NCBI GenBank assembly: GCA_035221665.1
Contig: CM069140.1
Location: 5,022,001-5,086,000, forward strand
Length of the DNA: 64,000 bases
Origin: Okamejei kenojei
Lineage: Eukaryota
Direction of reading: 5' to 3'
Part shown: piece by piece, positions 34,856-45,787 of the stretch
How the letters are laid out: every line of letters starts with the position of its first letter
How positions within the stretch are numbered: the stretch's first letter is position 1
The notes under the pieces: generated by a model
The model's input: only the letters and a program-made list of their open reading frames with translations
What the model was told of the DNA's origin: nothing
Database searches by the model: none
Position numbers and translations under genes: made by a program

Positions 34856-35698
34856 GTAAATGCTTCAGAACACAGAACTCTAGATTGTAAAACAAATTGA
34901 TGCTGTTTGGTTCAAAAACAAACGTTCACAATAATGAATGATTTGAACATAATGAGAGACTGTTGTACATGGTTCTAGATGTGGGTTTTAGTACACCAGG
35001 TTTTCTTTGCGTCTTGTATTGAATTTCAACATTCAGAGATTCTTAGTAAGTCAAAACCTTTTATTCTTCAGTGTGAATTCACTGATGTGCGCAATTTAGA
35101 TTCGGAGTCAAGTTGCTTGGTGTTTTTGACGTGAGTTTTGCTGCACAAAAGAACTGCTTTCTCCCAGTTCACAGCTGGAGGAACAGCTCTAATTTGATGC
35201 CCTCCTCCGTCAGCCGACTGGGTTTGTCCAACACGTGCTTTGCTCCATTAACCAGGGCTGCTGGTGTCTCAGTGAATCTCAGTGGTCATTCACAGAGCAC
35301 CTTTCATGGTGTCCGCGATCGCTTCACAGGCAGTGAGGCATGTTCACAATAGAGCCGTGTTGTAAAGGAGGGACTGTGGAACCACTCTGCACACAGCAGT
35401 ATCGGCAAACCGCTGGTGAGGGGGAAATGTTGTCCGAGACACCACAGATACTGTGATCCAATGGACGGGCATCACGCTGCAATTGGACAGATTGGACCTG
35501 TCAGATTTTCTTTTGTCAGTAACCTGGATTTTGTGCACTAATCCACAGTAATGATGACCTCTCAGTTTCCCTGCTGTTCCTCAGTGGAGGAGATCTATTG
35601 TCCTTACCCAGTCGAGCCTATTTCTGACCACTGACCCAGCAACGCAATTGGCACTAAATGCCCCCAGGTTGGCAACCCAGACGGGCAGTTTATTGCCC

Positions 35699-36634
35699 CT
35701 CCTCACCCCGGCACCCAGCTCCTCACCCCGGCGCCCAGCTCCTCACCCCGGCACCCAGCTCCTCACCCCGGCACCCAGCTCCTCACCCCGGCACCCAGCT
35801 CCCCACCCCGGCGCCCAGCTCCCCACCCCCGGCACCCAGCTCCTCACCCCGGCACCCAGCTCCTCACCCCGGCACCCAGCTCCTCACCCCGGCACCCAGC
35901 TCCTCACCCCGGCACCCAGCTCCTCACCCCGGCACCCAGCTCCTCACCCCGGCACCCAGCTCCTCACCCGGCGCCCAGCTCCCCACCCCGGCACCCAGCA
36001 CCTCACCCCGGCACCCAGCTCCTCACCCCGGCACCCAGCTCCTCACCCCAGCACCCAGCTCCTCACCCCGGCACCCAGCTCCTCACCCCAGCACCCTGCT
36101 GCTCTTCACCCCGGCACCCAGCTCCTCACCCCAGCACCCAGCTCCTCGCCCCGGCACCCAGCTCCTCACCCCGGCACCCAGCTCCTCACCCCGGCACCCA
36201 GCTCCTCACCCCGGCACCCAGCTCCTCACCCCAGCACCCAGCTCCTCACCCCGGCACCCAGCTCCCCACCCCAGCACCCAGCTCCTCACCCCCGGCACCC
36301 AGCTCCCCACCCCAGCACCCTGCTGCTCTTCACCCGGCACCCAGCTCCCCACCCCAGCACCCAGCTCCCCACCCCGGCACCCAGCTCCTCACCCCAGCAC
36401 CCAGCTCCTCACCCCGGCACCCAGCTCCTCATCCCGGCACCCAGCTCCTCACCCCGGCACCCAGCTCCTCATCCCGGCACCCAGCGCCCCACCCCGGCAC
36501 CTAGCTCCTCACCCCGGCACCCAGCTCCTCACCCCGGCACCCAGCTCCTCACCCCGGCACCCAGCTCCTCACCCCGGCACCCAGCTCCTCACCCCGGCAC
36601 CCAGCTCCTCACCCCAGCACCCAGCTCCCCACCC
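35699..36634. repeat. 20-bp minisatellite (CTCCTCACCCCGGCACCCAG)n, ~46 units, in the J-C intron
   Basis: Read directly; the minus-strand unit is GGGGTGAGGAGCTGGGTGCC. Confidence 0.97.
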
Positions 36635-38410
36635 AGAATTCCAGAGACTCACCACTCTGTGTGAAAAATGTTTTTCTCATCTCGGTCCTAAAAGACTTCC
36701 CCCTTATCCTTAAACTGTGACCCCTTGTTCTGGACTTCCCAACATCGGGAACAATCTTCCTGCATCTAGCCTGTCCAACCCCTCAAGAATTTTGTACGTT
36801 TCTATAAGATCGCCCCTCAATCTTCTAAATTCTAGCGAGTACAAGCCGAGTCTATCCAGTCTTTCCTCATATGAAAGTCCTGACATCCCAGGAATCAGTC
36901 TGGTGAACCTTCTCTGTACCCCCTCTATGGCAAGAATATCTTTCCACAGATTTGGAGACCAAAACTGCAATACTCCAGGTGTGGTCTCACCAAAACCGTG
37001 TACAACTGCAGTAGAACCTCCCTGCTCCTATACTCAAATCCTTTTGCTATGAATGCTAACATACCATTTGCTTTCTACACTGCCTGCTGCACCTGCATGC
37101 CTACTTTCAATGATTGGTGTACCATGACACCCAGGTCTCGTTGCATCTACCCTTTTCCTAATCGGCCACCATTCAGATAATAGTCTACCCTCCAGTATTG
37201 CCACCAAAGTGGATAACCACACATTTATCCACATTATACTGCATCTGCCATGCATTTGCCCACTCACCCAACCTATCCAAGTCATCCTGCAGCCTCCAAG
37301 CATCCTCCTCACACCTAACACTGCCCCCCAGCTTCGTGTCATCCGCAAACTTGGAGATGTTGCATTCAATTCCCTTGTCCAAATCATTAATATATATTGT
37401 AAATAGCTGGGGTCCCAACACTGTGCCCTGCGGTACCCCATTAGTCACTGCCTGCCATTCTGAAAAGGACCCGTTTACTCCTACCCTTTGCTTCCTGTCT
37501 GCCAGCCAGTTCTCTATCCACATCAATACTGAACCCCCCAATACTGAGTGCTTTAAGTTTGTATACTAACTCTTATGTGGGACCTTGTCGAAAGCGTTCT
37601 GAAAGTCCAGATATAACACCTCCACTGGTTCTCCCTTATCTACTCTACTAGTTACATCCTCGAAAAATTCTATAAGATTCGTCAGACATGATTTACCTTC
37701 CGTAAATCCTTGCTGACTTTGTCCAATGATTTCAACACTTTCCAAATGCGCTGCTATCCCATCTTTAATAACTGACTCTAGCAGTTTCCCCACTACCGAT
37801 GTTAGACTAACTGGTCTGTAATTCCCCGTTTCCTCTCTCCCTCCTTTTTTAAAAAGGGGGTTACATTAGCTACCCTCCAATCCTCAGGAGCTACTCCAGA
37901 ATCTAAACAGTTTAGAAAAATTATCACTAATGCATCCACTATTTCTGTGGCTATTTCCTTGTGTACTCTGGGATGCAGCCTATCTGGCCCTGGGGATTTA
38001 TCAGCCTTTAATCCTTTCAATTTACCCAACACCACTTCCCGGCTAACCTGAATTTCACTCAGTTCCTCCATCTTATTTGACCCCCCGTCCCCTGCTATTT
38101 CCGGCAGATTATTTATGACTTCCTTGGTGAAGACAGAACCAAAGTAGTTATCCAATTGGTCTGCCATGTTCTTGTTCCCCATGACCAATTCACCTGTTTC
38201 TGAGTGCAAGGGACCTACATTTGTTTTAACTAATATTTTTCTCTTCACATATCTATTAAAACTTTTGCAGTCAGTTTTTATGTTCCCTGCCAGTTTTCTT
38301 TCATAATCTATTTTCCCTTTCCTAATTAAGCCCTTTGTCCTCCTCTGCTGGACTCTGCTGAATTTCTCCCAGTCCTCTGGTAAGTTGCTTTTTCTGGCTA
38401 ATTTGTGTAG
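36635..38410 (-). mobile_element. CR1 LINE ORF2 fragment (RT), truncated at both ends
   Basis: ORFs 36710-38434 with NYRPVS, YLDFQ.AFD, GVPQG, FADD. Confidence 0.92.
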
Positions 38411-38915
38411 TTTCACCTTAAAACCAGGTGTCAATGCCTCTGCTCTGCACCAGCAAGTCCTTCTTCATCTATCGCGTGGTCCGGTGACACGGCTGTGGTT
38501 GTGGCTCACATTGTAGCCTCTGGCTGGCAGTGCTTTCTTCAGGCTGCTGCCACTGACAGGGTGCACGGTCACCATGGGGCACCCTCACCTCTCACCAGCT
38601 GCTGCTTCCAAGGTGCAGTGTGTTGGTGACTCCAGGGAGGAGGAGATGCCGGTGGAGAGAGGAGGGGGAAGAGGCCGAGTGGACAGAGCGACGGGAGGAC
38701 GAGGGGGAGATGGCGGTCGAGCAGGAAGTGGACAAAGTGAAGAGCCGACAGGTTGAAGCAGCAGCAGGTGGGAGGGGAGGGAGCCTCATGGTGACCAAGC
38801 ACATCCTGTCGAGGACAGCAGCTTGAAGAAAGCGTTCATCTTGGGGGCTCCGTGAGCCACAACAACAGCAGCATCACGGACCATACGGTGGTGGGTGAAG
38901 AAGGGCTCACTTGCG
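38411..38915. pseudogene. Inverted pair of degenerate histone H1-like globular-domain fragments
   Basis: Minus arm 38411-38612: LKKALPARGYNVSHNHSRV..KKDLLVQSRG..FKV. Plus arm 38752-38915: VTKHILS..LKKA..VSHNNSSI..VKKGSL. Confidence 0.5.
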
Positions 38916-39946
38916 AGTCGGGGATGGAGTTGGAAGCCGGGGCTCTAAGCGGTCAAGAGCCATGCGTGGCAGGGTGGTATCGGCAGGTCCGTCCGCTATA
39001 TCCAAAATCTGTTATAAAGGGGTCCGTTAAAATGAGTGGTTACTGTATATCAATTCCCTGACTCATGAAGAGCTTTTTTTACCAACCTATTTACCTGTGA
39101 CAACGCTTCCTGGGATCTGTGTACCTGTACTCCAAGATCCCTTAGTTATACAACACTCCCCGGAGCCCAGCCTTGAGGGAGGTCCACAACAGGCCAGATC
39201 CAGCACCATTTGGCCCGGTGGTTGTGGATATGGTCCATCTGGCACCGTACCATGTGCTTCCTGACCTGGGGCACATCACCCACAGCACAGGCCGGCTTGT
39301 CCCTCTGGTTGGCAGAAGTTGCTTCACCAGTGTGAGATCAGCATTTCACTGCTTGGTCATGCATGGTGTGAAAGGGATTGGGAAAGGAACCATTTCTCTG
39401 CTCTGCCTGGCCTTCTCTCAGCCTGAATCACCTGCATTTACTCAGCAATCAGCATGAACCTGTTGCATGTGCTGGCAATAATCCATTTACTACAGAACCA
39501 ACTGTTAATTTATTCACATTTCAGAGGTTGAGGCCTTGCCTTCAGTGCACATCACCTCTTCCTGCAACACAGAATCTGTGCATTTAAAGCTGATGATAGA
39601 ACTGAAGTGGAAGCCTTTGTCGAACAATGTAGGAGGAAGTGAATTACTTATTTTGCTCATTCATTCTCCTCCTTTCAGCCAGAGTGCTGCTGCTCAAGGA
39701 AAAAGACAGTGAGAATTTATGTGGAAGGAGATAATGGTGGGGGGTGGGGGTTCAGGGAGGAAGCATCTCGTCATGATCTGCCTCCATTCTATCCACTGCT
39801 TTGTCTAATTCCTGCAGCTCTCTCCCACCCCAAACACCTCCCTGCAGATCAGCTGCTGTGCACAGAGCCACACCTATAGTGCCCGTGCACAGTGTGGAGA
39901 TTTAAACCTTCCTCACTCTTCCTGCATTTTCCCCTCAACCCTGCAG

Positions 39947-39979
39947 CCGACCCCTCACCAAGTGAAATCCAATCTCCTG
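39947..39979 (+). pseudogene. Possible collapsed CH1 remnant
   Basis: Strong polypyrimidine/CAG acceptor, then (A)DPSP-SEIQSP-G|GT, resembling the first and last codons of an IgW CH1 at the expected position. Confidence 0.3.
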
Positions 39980-40714
39980 GTGGAAATGACATGAATCTGC
40001 TTCCACTCTCACTTTTAACCACTGCCTTCCAGTTCTGATCAAATCATTGCTGCCATAACAAACTAAGTTTCTCATCCATCTGACCTCCTTTCCCATTAAA
40101 CTTAAAGTTGTGTCAGAAGGAACTGTAGATGTTGGTTTAAAGCAAAGTTAGACAGCTGGAGTAACTCAGCGGGTCAGGCAGCATCTCTGGAGAAAAGGAG
40201 TTGGTGGCGTTTTGGGATGAGATCCTTCTTCAGACTGAGTAGGGAAAGGGAAAAGAGAGATATAGACAGTTATATAGAGAGATATAGAACTAATGAATGA
40301 AAGATATGCAAAAAAGTAATGCTGATAAAGGAAACAGACAAAGGAGAGGTGAAGACAACTTAAAGTTGTGATTCCCAAACCTCCTGCCAGTAGAAACAGT
40401 TGTGTCATCTGTTACTGTGTCTGCTCCAGCACACACTGAGATCACGGATGGTCTGTACGCCACTTACCCACCTCCACCCATACCACTGCAGAGTGGCCCA
40501 CACTGCTGGGGAGGCCTGTGTTCTAACCCAGCCTCCCAATCACAGCTCTGACCAGCACCTCAATGTGGGACCCACCGTATCATCTCATCACCGGCATATC
40601 ACCAGCATTGTGGGGAGGGCTGGTTCTGGGGCACTTGTCCCAGATGCTGGGAGAGTGGAATCCTACACTGTGGCTGAATGAATCATGTAATAACAGATAT
40701 TAAATATGTTACAG

Positions 40715-41018
40715 CTCCACAGCTCATTCCCCCTTGTTCCATCTCCGGAGGTTCTCCACAATCAAATAACTGCTGTCCTGGGCTGCATGATATCCGGATT
40801 CTCTCCTGACAATATTAAAGTTTCCTGGAAAAAAGCTGGAGTTAATCAAGCGGGCGTCGTCGTTCTCCCGTCCACTCCGAGAACTAACGGTGGTTTTGAA
40901 ACAGTTGCTTACCTGCAGTTGCGTGTGAAGGAATGGACCAACAAACAGGAATATACTTGTGAAGTGACTCGCGCGCCTTCCGGCTTCAGCGACAGGATCA
41001 ACATGAGATATCAAGAGG
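40715..41018 (+). pseudogene. IgW: IgW CH2 exon (+1 C in a homopolymer near the 5' end)
   Basis: (A)PQLIP/LVPSPEVLHNQITAVLGCMISGFSPDNIKVSW...EWTNKQEYTCEVT...MRYQE G|GTGAGT. Confidence 0.92.
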
Positions 41019-41384
41019 GTGAGTCGTGTCTGTTAATATACTTACAGCATTAAACAACCTTACTGACATTTCCACCAAATTCCTGTCCCTGAGATCAGTC
41101 CTGTTGAGTGATATATTATGTTCAGATTTGGCTTTTTGCAATTTAAGCCAATGCTTTCCATCAGTAATTCTAACTCATTCTACAGGACATATAGAAAGGA
41201 AGCTCACCCGTGTGTTTACTCTCACTCCTCTAGTTGCCTTTGTGTGCAGTGGTAAGAAAAATGGGACAGTGAAAAACCACAGGTCCCATTCAATATCTGG
41301 AGAAAACCTCTCTTCCCTTCTCACTGTCTTCTTTGTGTTAGTTTCTCCAAATCTATCTTTTTCCACTGTTTCCTGAGTGTTCTG

Positions 41385-42225
41385 TATGGACAATAGGTGC
41401 AGGAGTAGGCCTTCGAGCCAGCACCGCCATTCAATATGATCATGGTTGATCATCCCCAATCAGTACTCCGTTCCTGCCTTCACCCCATATCCCCTGACTC
41501 AGATATATTTAAGAGCTCTAGCTCTCTCTTGAAAGTATCCAGAGAACTGGCCTCCACCGCCCTCTGAGGCAGAGAATTCCACAGACTCACAGCTCTGTGA
41601 GAAAAAGTGTTTCCTCATCTCCGTTCTAAATGACTTGCCCCTTATTCTTAAACGGTGGCCCCTGGTTCTGGACTCCCCCAACATCAGGAACATGTTTCTT
41701 GCCTCTCGCGTGTCCAAACCCTTAATAATCTTATATGTTTCAATACGATCTCCTCCCATCCTTCTAAACTCCAAGGTATACAAGCCCAGCCGCTCCATTC
41801 TCTCAGCATATGTCAGTCCCGCCATTCCGGGAATTAACCTGATGAACCTACTCTGCACTCCCTCAATAGCAAGAATGTCCTTCCTCACATTAGGGGACTA
41901 AAACTGCACACAATACTCCAGGTGCGGTCTCCACTGGGGCCCTGTACAACTGCAGAAGGACCTATTTGCTCCTATACTCAACTCCTCTTGTTATAAAGGC
42001 AAACATGCCATTTGCTTTCTTCACTCCCTGCATGCTTACTTTCATTGACTAATGAACAAGGACCCCGAGATCCCATTGTACTTCCCCATTTCCCAACTTC
42101 ACCCAATTTAGATAGTAATCTGCCTTCATATTTTTGCTACCAAAGTGGAAAACCTCACATTTATCCTCATTAAACTGCATCTGCCATGCATCTACCCTCT
42201 CACCCAACCTGTCCACGTCGCCTGT
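41385..42225 (-). mobile_element. CR1 LINE 3' fragment
   Basis: ORF 41499-41888 and 3' UTR. Confidence 0.88.
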
Positions 42226-42456
42226 AGATTGCCCTTTCATTGAAATGTCGGTGCCCTGGATTATTTTTGAACTCATCTCCACCCTCTTTAAAATGTTGTC
42301 TGATCCTGGACAAAGTGAAGCAGTTTATCGTGGCCGGCATAATCTCATGCTGATAAATACTGAGGACACAGACTGGGAATATGTGGATCTCCTGTTTCCT
42401 CAACACAGGAGGTGAAAATCTCTTAACATTTAAATCAATGAATCTTCCATTTCCAG

Positions 42457-42584
42457 GTGGAGAATGTCCCGGCTGTTCGAAGTGTCTGCCGAAGTTCTTC
42501 TACCAGAGTAATCTCAATGTGACATTCTTAGATGGTTCTACCCGGCAGTATCATTGTTGGGCAGGAAAGTGTGAAATAAAGTAA
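42457..42584 (+). pseudogene. IgW: IgW short-form (IgX) cysteine-rich secretory tail exon, reading frame intact
   Basis: CCAG|GT GGA GAA TGT...: GGECPGCSKCLPKFFYQSNLNVTFLDGSTRQYHCWAGKCEIK*; AATAAA at 42575-42580. Confidence 0.88.
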
Positions 42585-44558
42585 TTGGCTGCGTATGGAA
42601 TTTGTCATTCTATTATTACAACCCATTTATAAGATTCAAATCCAACCCCTGGTATCCATTTGGATCAAAGTGTACCAGAGTGGGGGAAAATACTCAAAAG
42701 CTGCTTCCCTCTCCCCTCCACTCGTTGCCTGTATATTCATTCATTTGCAGACATTGCTGCCTCACATCCCAGTGCCACTGGCCAGATTTATCCATGCTCA
42801 GACTCTAGTCAGCAAGGACTACCCAGAGATCGCAATGCAGGAGATGTTTAAGGTAAACGGTGTGAAATGTCAAAGTGGGTCAGTAAAAAATTGGGTGACC
42901 ATATAATAAAGGCAAACTGGTGAGGCAAGATCCAGGGCTCTAACCGGTCTCCTGTCCTATACTGGCTTTGGGTGAAAACCGTGGTTAGCATAAATTGCCA
43001 CAGATTTATTAACCCACCTCCCGGACACAGACCTCAGCCCAAAGGAGAAACTCGGGGAATGCAAGGAATGTTGCAAGGAATGGACGTGTTTGGTTATAAT
43101 CATCCAAGGATGAGCAGGACAAATTGTCTCTTGTGGAAGATACCAGTATTTGACAGCATGGAGAGTATCAGGTTTCATATGAGGTGATTTCCCCCCCAAC
43201 ACCGCGATGGTGGCTACACGACTGTCACTGATGTGGGACGGGATTGAGCATCTTGCAAACACACATGTTTAACAATATCACATTGCTGATTAAAACAAGA
43301 TTCACAAAGCAAAAACATTGTACACTGTAAAACTAGGCTTACAGATTTCCGATGACACTGCAACGACTGTTAGCCACACTAATACCGCGCACATAACTAT
43401 TTTTGAAAGGAATTTGCTCACCATTTTGCTTAAAGCAGGAGGGGTTGTGAAAGAGAAAACATCTTACATTGACAAATGTTATGTCTCCTGTCAGACAGAC
43501 ACAGTATATGACCTCTGCGTTCTACGCAGCTGAAGGCTTTGATCTCCAGGCTCACTGAAAGTTTCAAATCTGACACAAACGTAATCACCCTCCACAATAA
43601 GTGTTTGCGAGCAAAATCAGCTCATGTGGTCCAAGTGACTGAGTGTGTAAACAGTGCACACACGAGAGTGGGCTGAGTGGAACTAGACTCATGATGCTGC
43701 TTCAGAAGACAAGTGGCAGTGCAGGTCAGTCAGGGGCAATGAATGAATAAATCATTCTCTTCCTCACCCAATGATTCTGAAGTGAAGCGGGAAAATACAT
43801 CTAATGCAGAATTTCATCGCAATCTGCAGCAGGAGGGGGACCTTGATACTTCTAACCATTCATGATTTGCTCTGCTGTCGCTGGAGAGTCAGCCACTAAT
43901 TTATTTCAGATAGTTTCTATCAATTACTGAAACGCCTCAACGTCTTCACTGAATCACAGTCACACTAAACTGACGCTAGTCTGTGGCTGAGTGAGTTTTG
44001 GTGCTTGTGGGCAACACTGCAACGTGACACAGCAAGTGGTACAAAGGTGAAAGGAGTGCAGGCTTACGAGTGCCCAGAGTTGGAAGAATGACACCTTTAC
44101 TGAAGGTTGTGTTTGTGGTGAAGGTTTCTGAGATGGTGAGACACATGGTCAGAGTAAGGCTGCGATATCAGCATGTGACATTCTTAAACTGAGGGAATCC
44201 CAGGCTTGGCCTACAGGGAGAAAAGTTGCTTTTCTCAGTCATGTTGCTCAGTATTACTAATCGATGCTGCAGGGGTTCCAAGCAAAGCACGTATCAAATT
44301 GTGCCCCTGTAATGTACCAGCTGATCATGGTGATGGGAAAGAGAGTCAAATCCCAGTTGACGGCTCCTTTGTTCTGTTTTTTTCAGTCAAAACACCCAAC
44401 CTGCTATTTAACACGAGTTTTTCTACTATTCTGTTTGCAATAAATCTAGTCCGTGTATAGTTTGATCTGGCATTGATCAGTCTTTTATGTGATGACATAA
44501 ACATCTTAAAGTTCTTTTATAAGACACCTGTTTGGATTTCTGCCCTGGCTTTCCATAA

Positions 44559-44900
44559 ATAGCCTGAGCCACTTACGCAATTTTTTCCGGCGACTGCCAG
44601 CACCTGTCATAGTCGCAGCAGGTCGTTGAAAATTTTTACCGCGTTAAAAATTCAGCGGCGACCAGAAAGACGCTACGACTCTTTAGGCGACTGAGGAGAC
44701 TACTCACGACCATACAGGCGACACCCTGACAACATGTCGCGGAGTGAAGCCTATATGGTCGTGAGTAGTCGCCCAAAGAGTCGTACCTTGTTCTGTTCGC
44801 CGCTGGATTTTCAACATGCTTAACATTTTCGGCGACCTGCAACGACCTCTGACGGGTACCAGCAGTCGCCGAAAAAGTTGCGTAAGTGGGACAGGCCCTT
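44559..44900. mobile_element. PIF/Harbinger MITE immediately upstream of CH3
   Basis: Inverted ends CCACTTACGCAATTTTTTCCGGCGACTGC / GCAGTCGCCGAAAAAGTTGCGTAAGTGGGACAGGCCCT. Confidence 0.75.
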
Positions 44901-44955
44901 TAGTAACAGATGAGTCTCAACTAAAATTCTGAACTTTTCCATTTCTGATCCACAG

Positions 44956-45257
44956 TATTGTCCATTTCATTCAAAATCCTGGCATGAAAGAGATTTGGAT
45001 CAACAAGACCGCTACGCTGGTGTGTTCAGTGATCTGTAGTGATCCGAGCCAGGTCCATCTCACCTGGAAGGTGGGAGGAAAGGAGAGAAGTGAAGGAGTT
45101 GTGACCCGTACACCGAGCCATGAAGGCACCCGATACCCATTGATCAGTGAGCTCCGGACCAGCGTGGAGGAGTGGACCAGCGGGGTGGAGTTTGTGTGCT
45201 TTGCCCAACAATCTTCTTCATCCTCACCAATGTCAACGCGGACCCACCATAACAAAG
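44956..45257 (+). pseudogene. IgW: IgW CH3 exon (apparent -1 T near the 5' end)
   Basis: IQNPGMKEIWINKTATLVCSV...VHLTW...EEWTSGVEFVC...HHNK G|GTGGGC. Confidence 0.9.
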
Positions 45258-45304
45258 GTGGGCAACAGATCAGTGATTAAATGGCCGTGACAGAGAGAGC
45301 GACA

Positions 45305-45755
45305 GGGTACAGAGAGGATTTACAAGGATGTTGCCTGGGCTAGAGAGCTATAGGGAGAGGTTGAGTGGGCTGGGACTCTATTCCTTGGAGCGTAGGAGGA
45401 TGAGGGAATATCTTATTGAGGTGTATAAAATCATGAGTGAACTTGATTGGATAGATGCACAGAGTCTCTTGCCCAGAGTAGGTGAATTGAGAACATAGGT
45501 TTAAGTTGAAGGGGGAAAGATTTAATAGGAATCTGAGCGGTAACATTTTCACACAAAGGGTGGTGGATGTATGAAACAAGCTGCCAGAGGAGGTAGTTGA
45601 GGCAGGGACTATCCTAACATTAAAAAAACAGACAGGGACAGGTTTGGAGGGATGTGGACCAGACACGGCAGGTGAGACTAATGTAGCTGGGACATGTTGG
45701 CCAGGGTGGGCAAGTTGGGCTGATGGGCCGGTTTCCACACTGTATCACTCTATGA
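45305..45755 (+). mobile_element. CR1 LINE 3' fragment
   Basis: RFTRMLPGL...GLYSLERRRMRE, FTQRVV and tail. Confidence 0.85.
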
Positions 45756-45787
45756 GAGAGTTTAACATTTATTTTCCTCTGTTCCAG

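Noticed and set aside
35699-36634. CRISPR-like array (also 21085-21505 and 59326-59590)
   Set aside because: No unique spacers, no cas genes and a vertebrate context; these are plain minisatellites.
35648-36713. 338-aa and 351-aa Pro/His-rich ORFs
   Set aside because: Artefacts of a stop-free 20-bp tandem repeat.
39330-39457. SAFHCLVMHG...TISLLCLA as an Ig CH1 domain
   Set aside because: Cys motifs are in the wrong order and spacing, with no conserved Trp and no splice sites.
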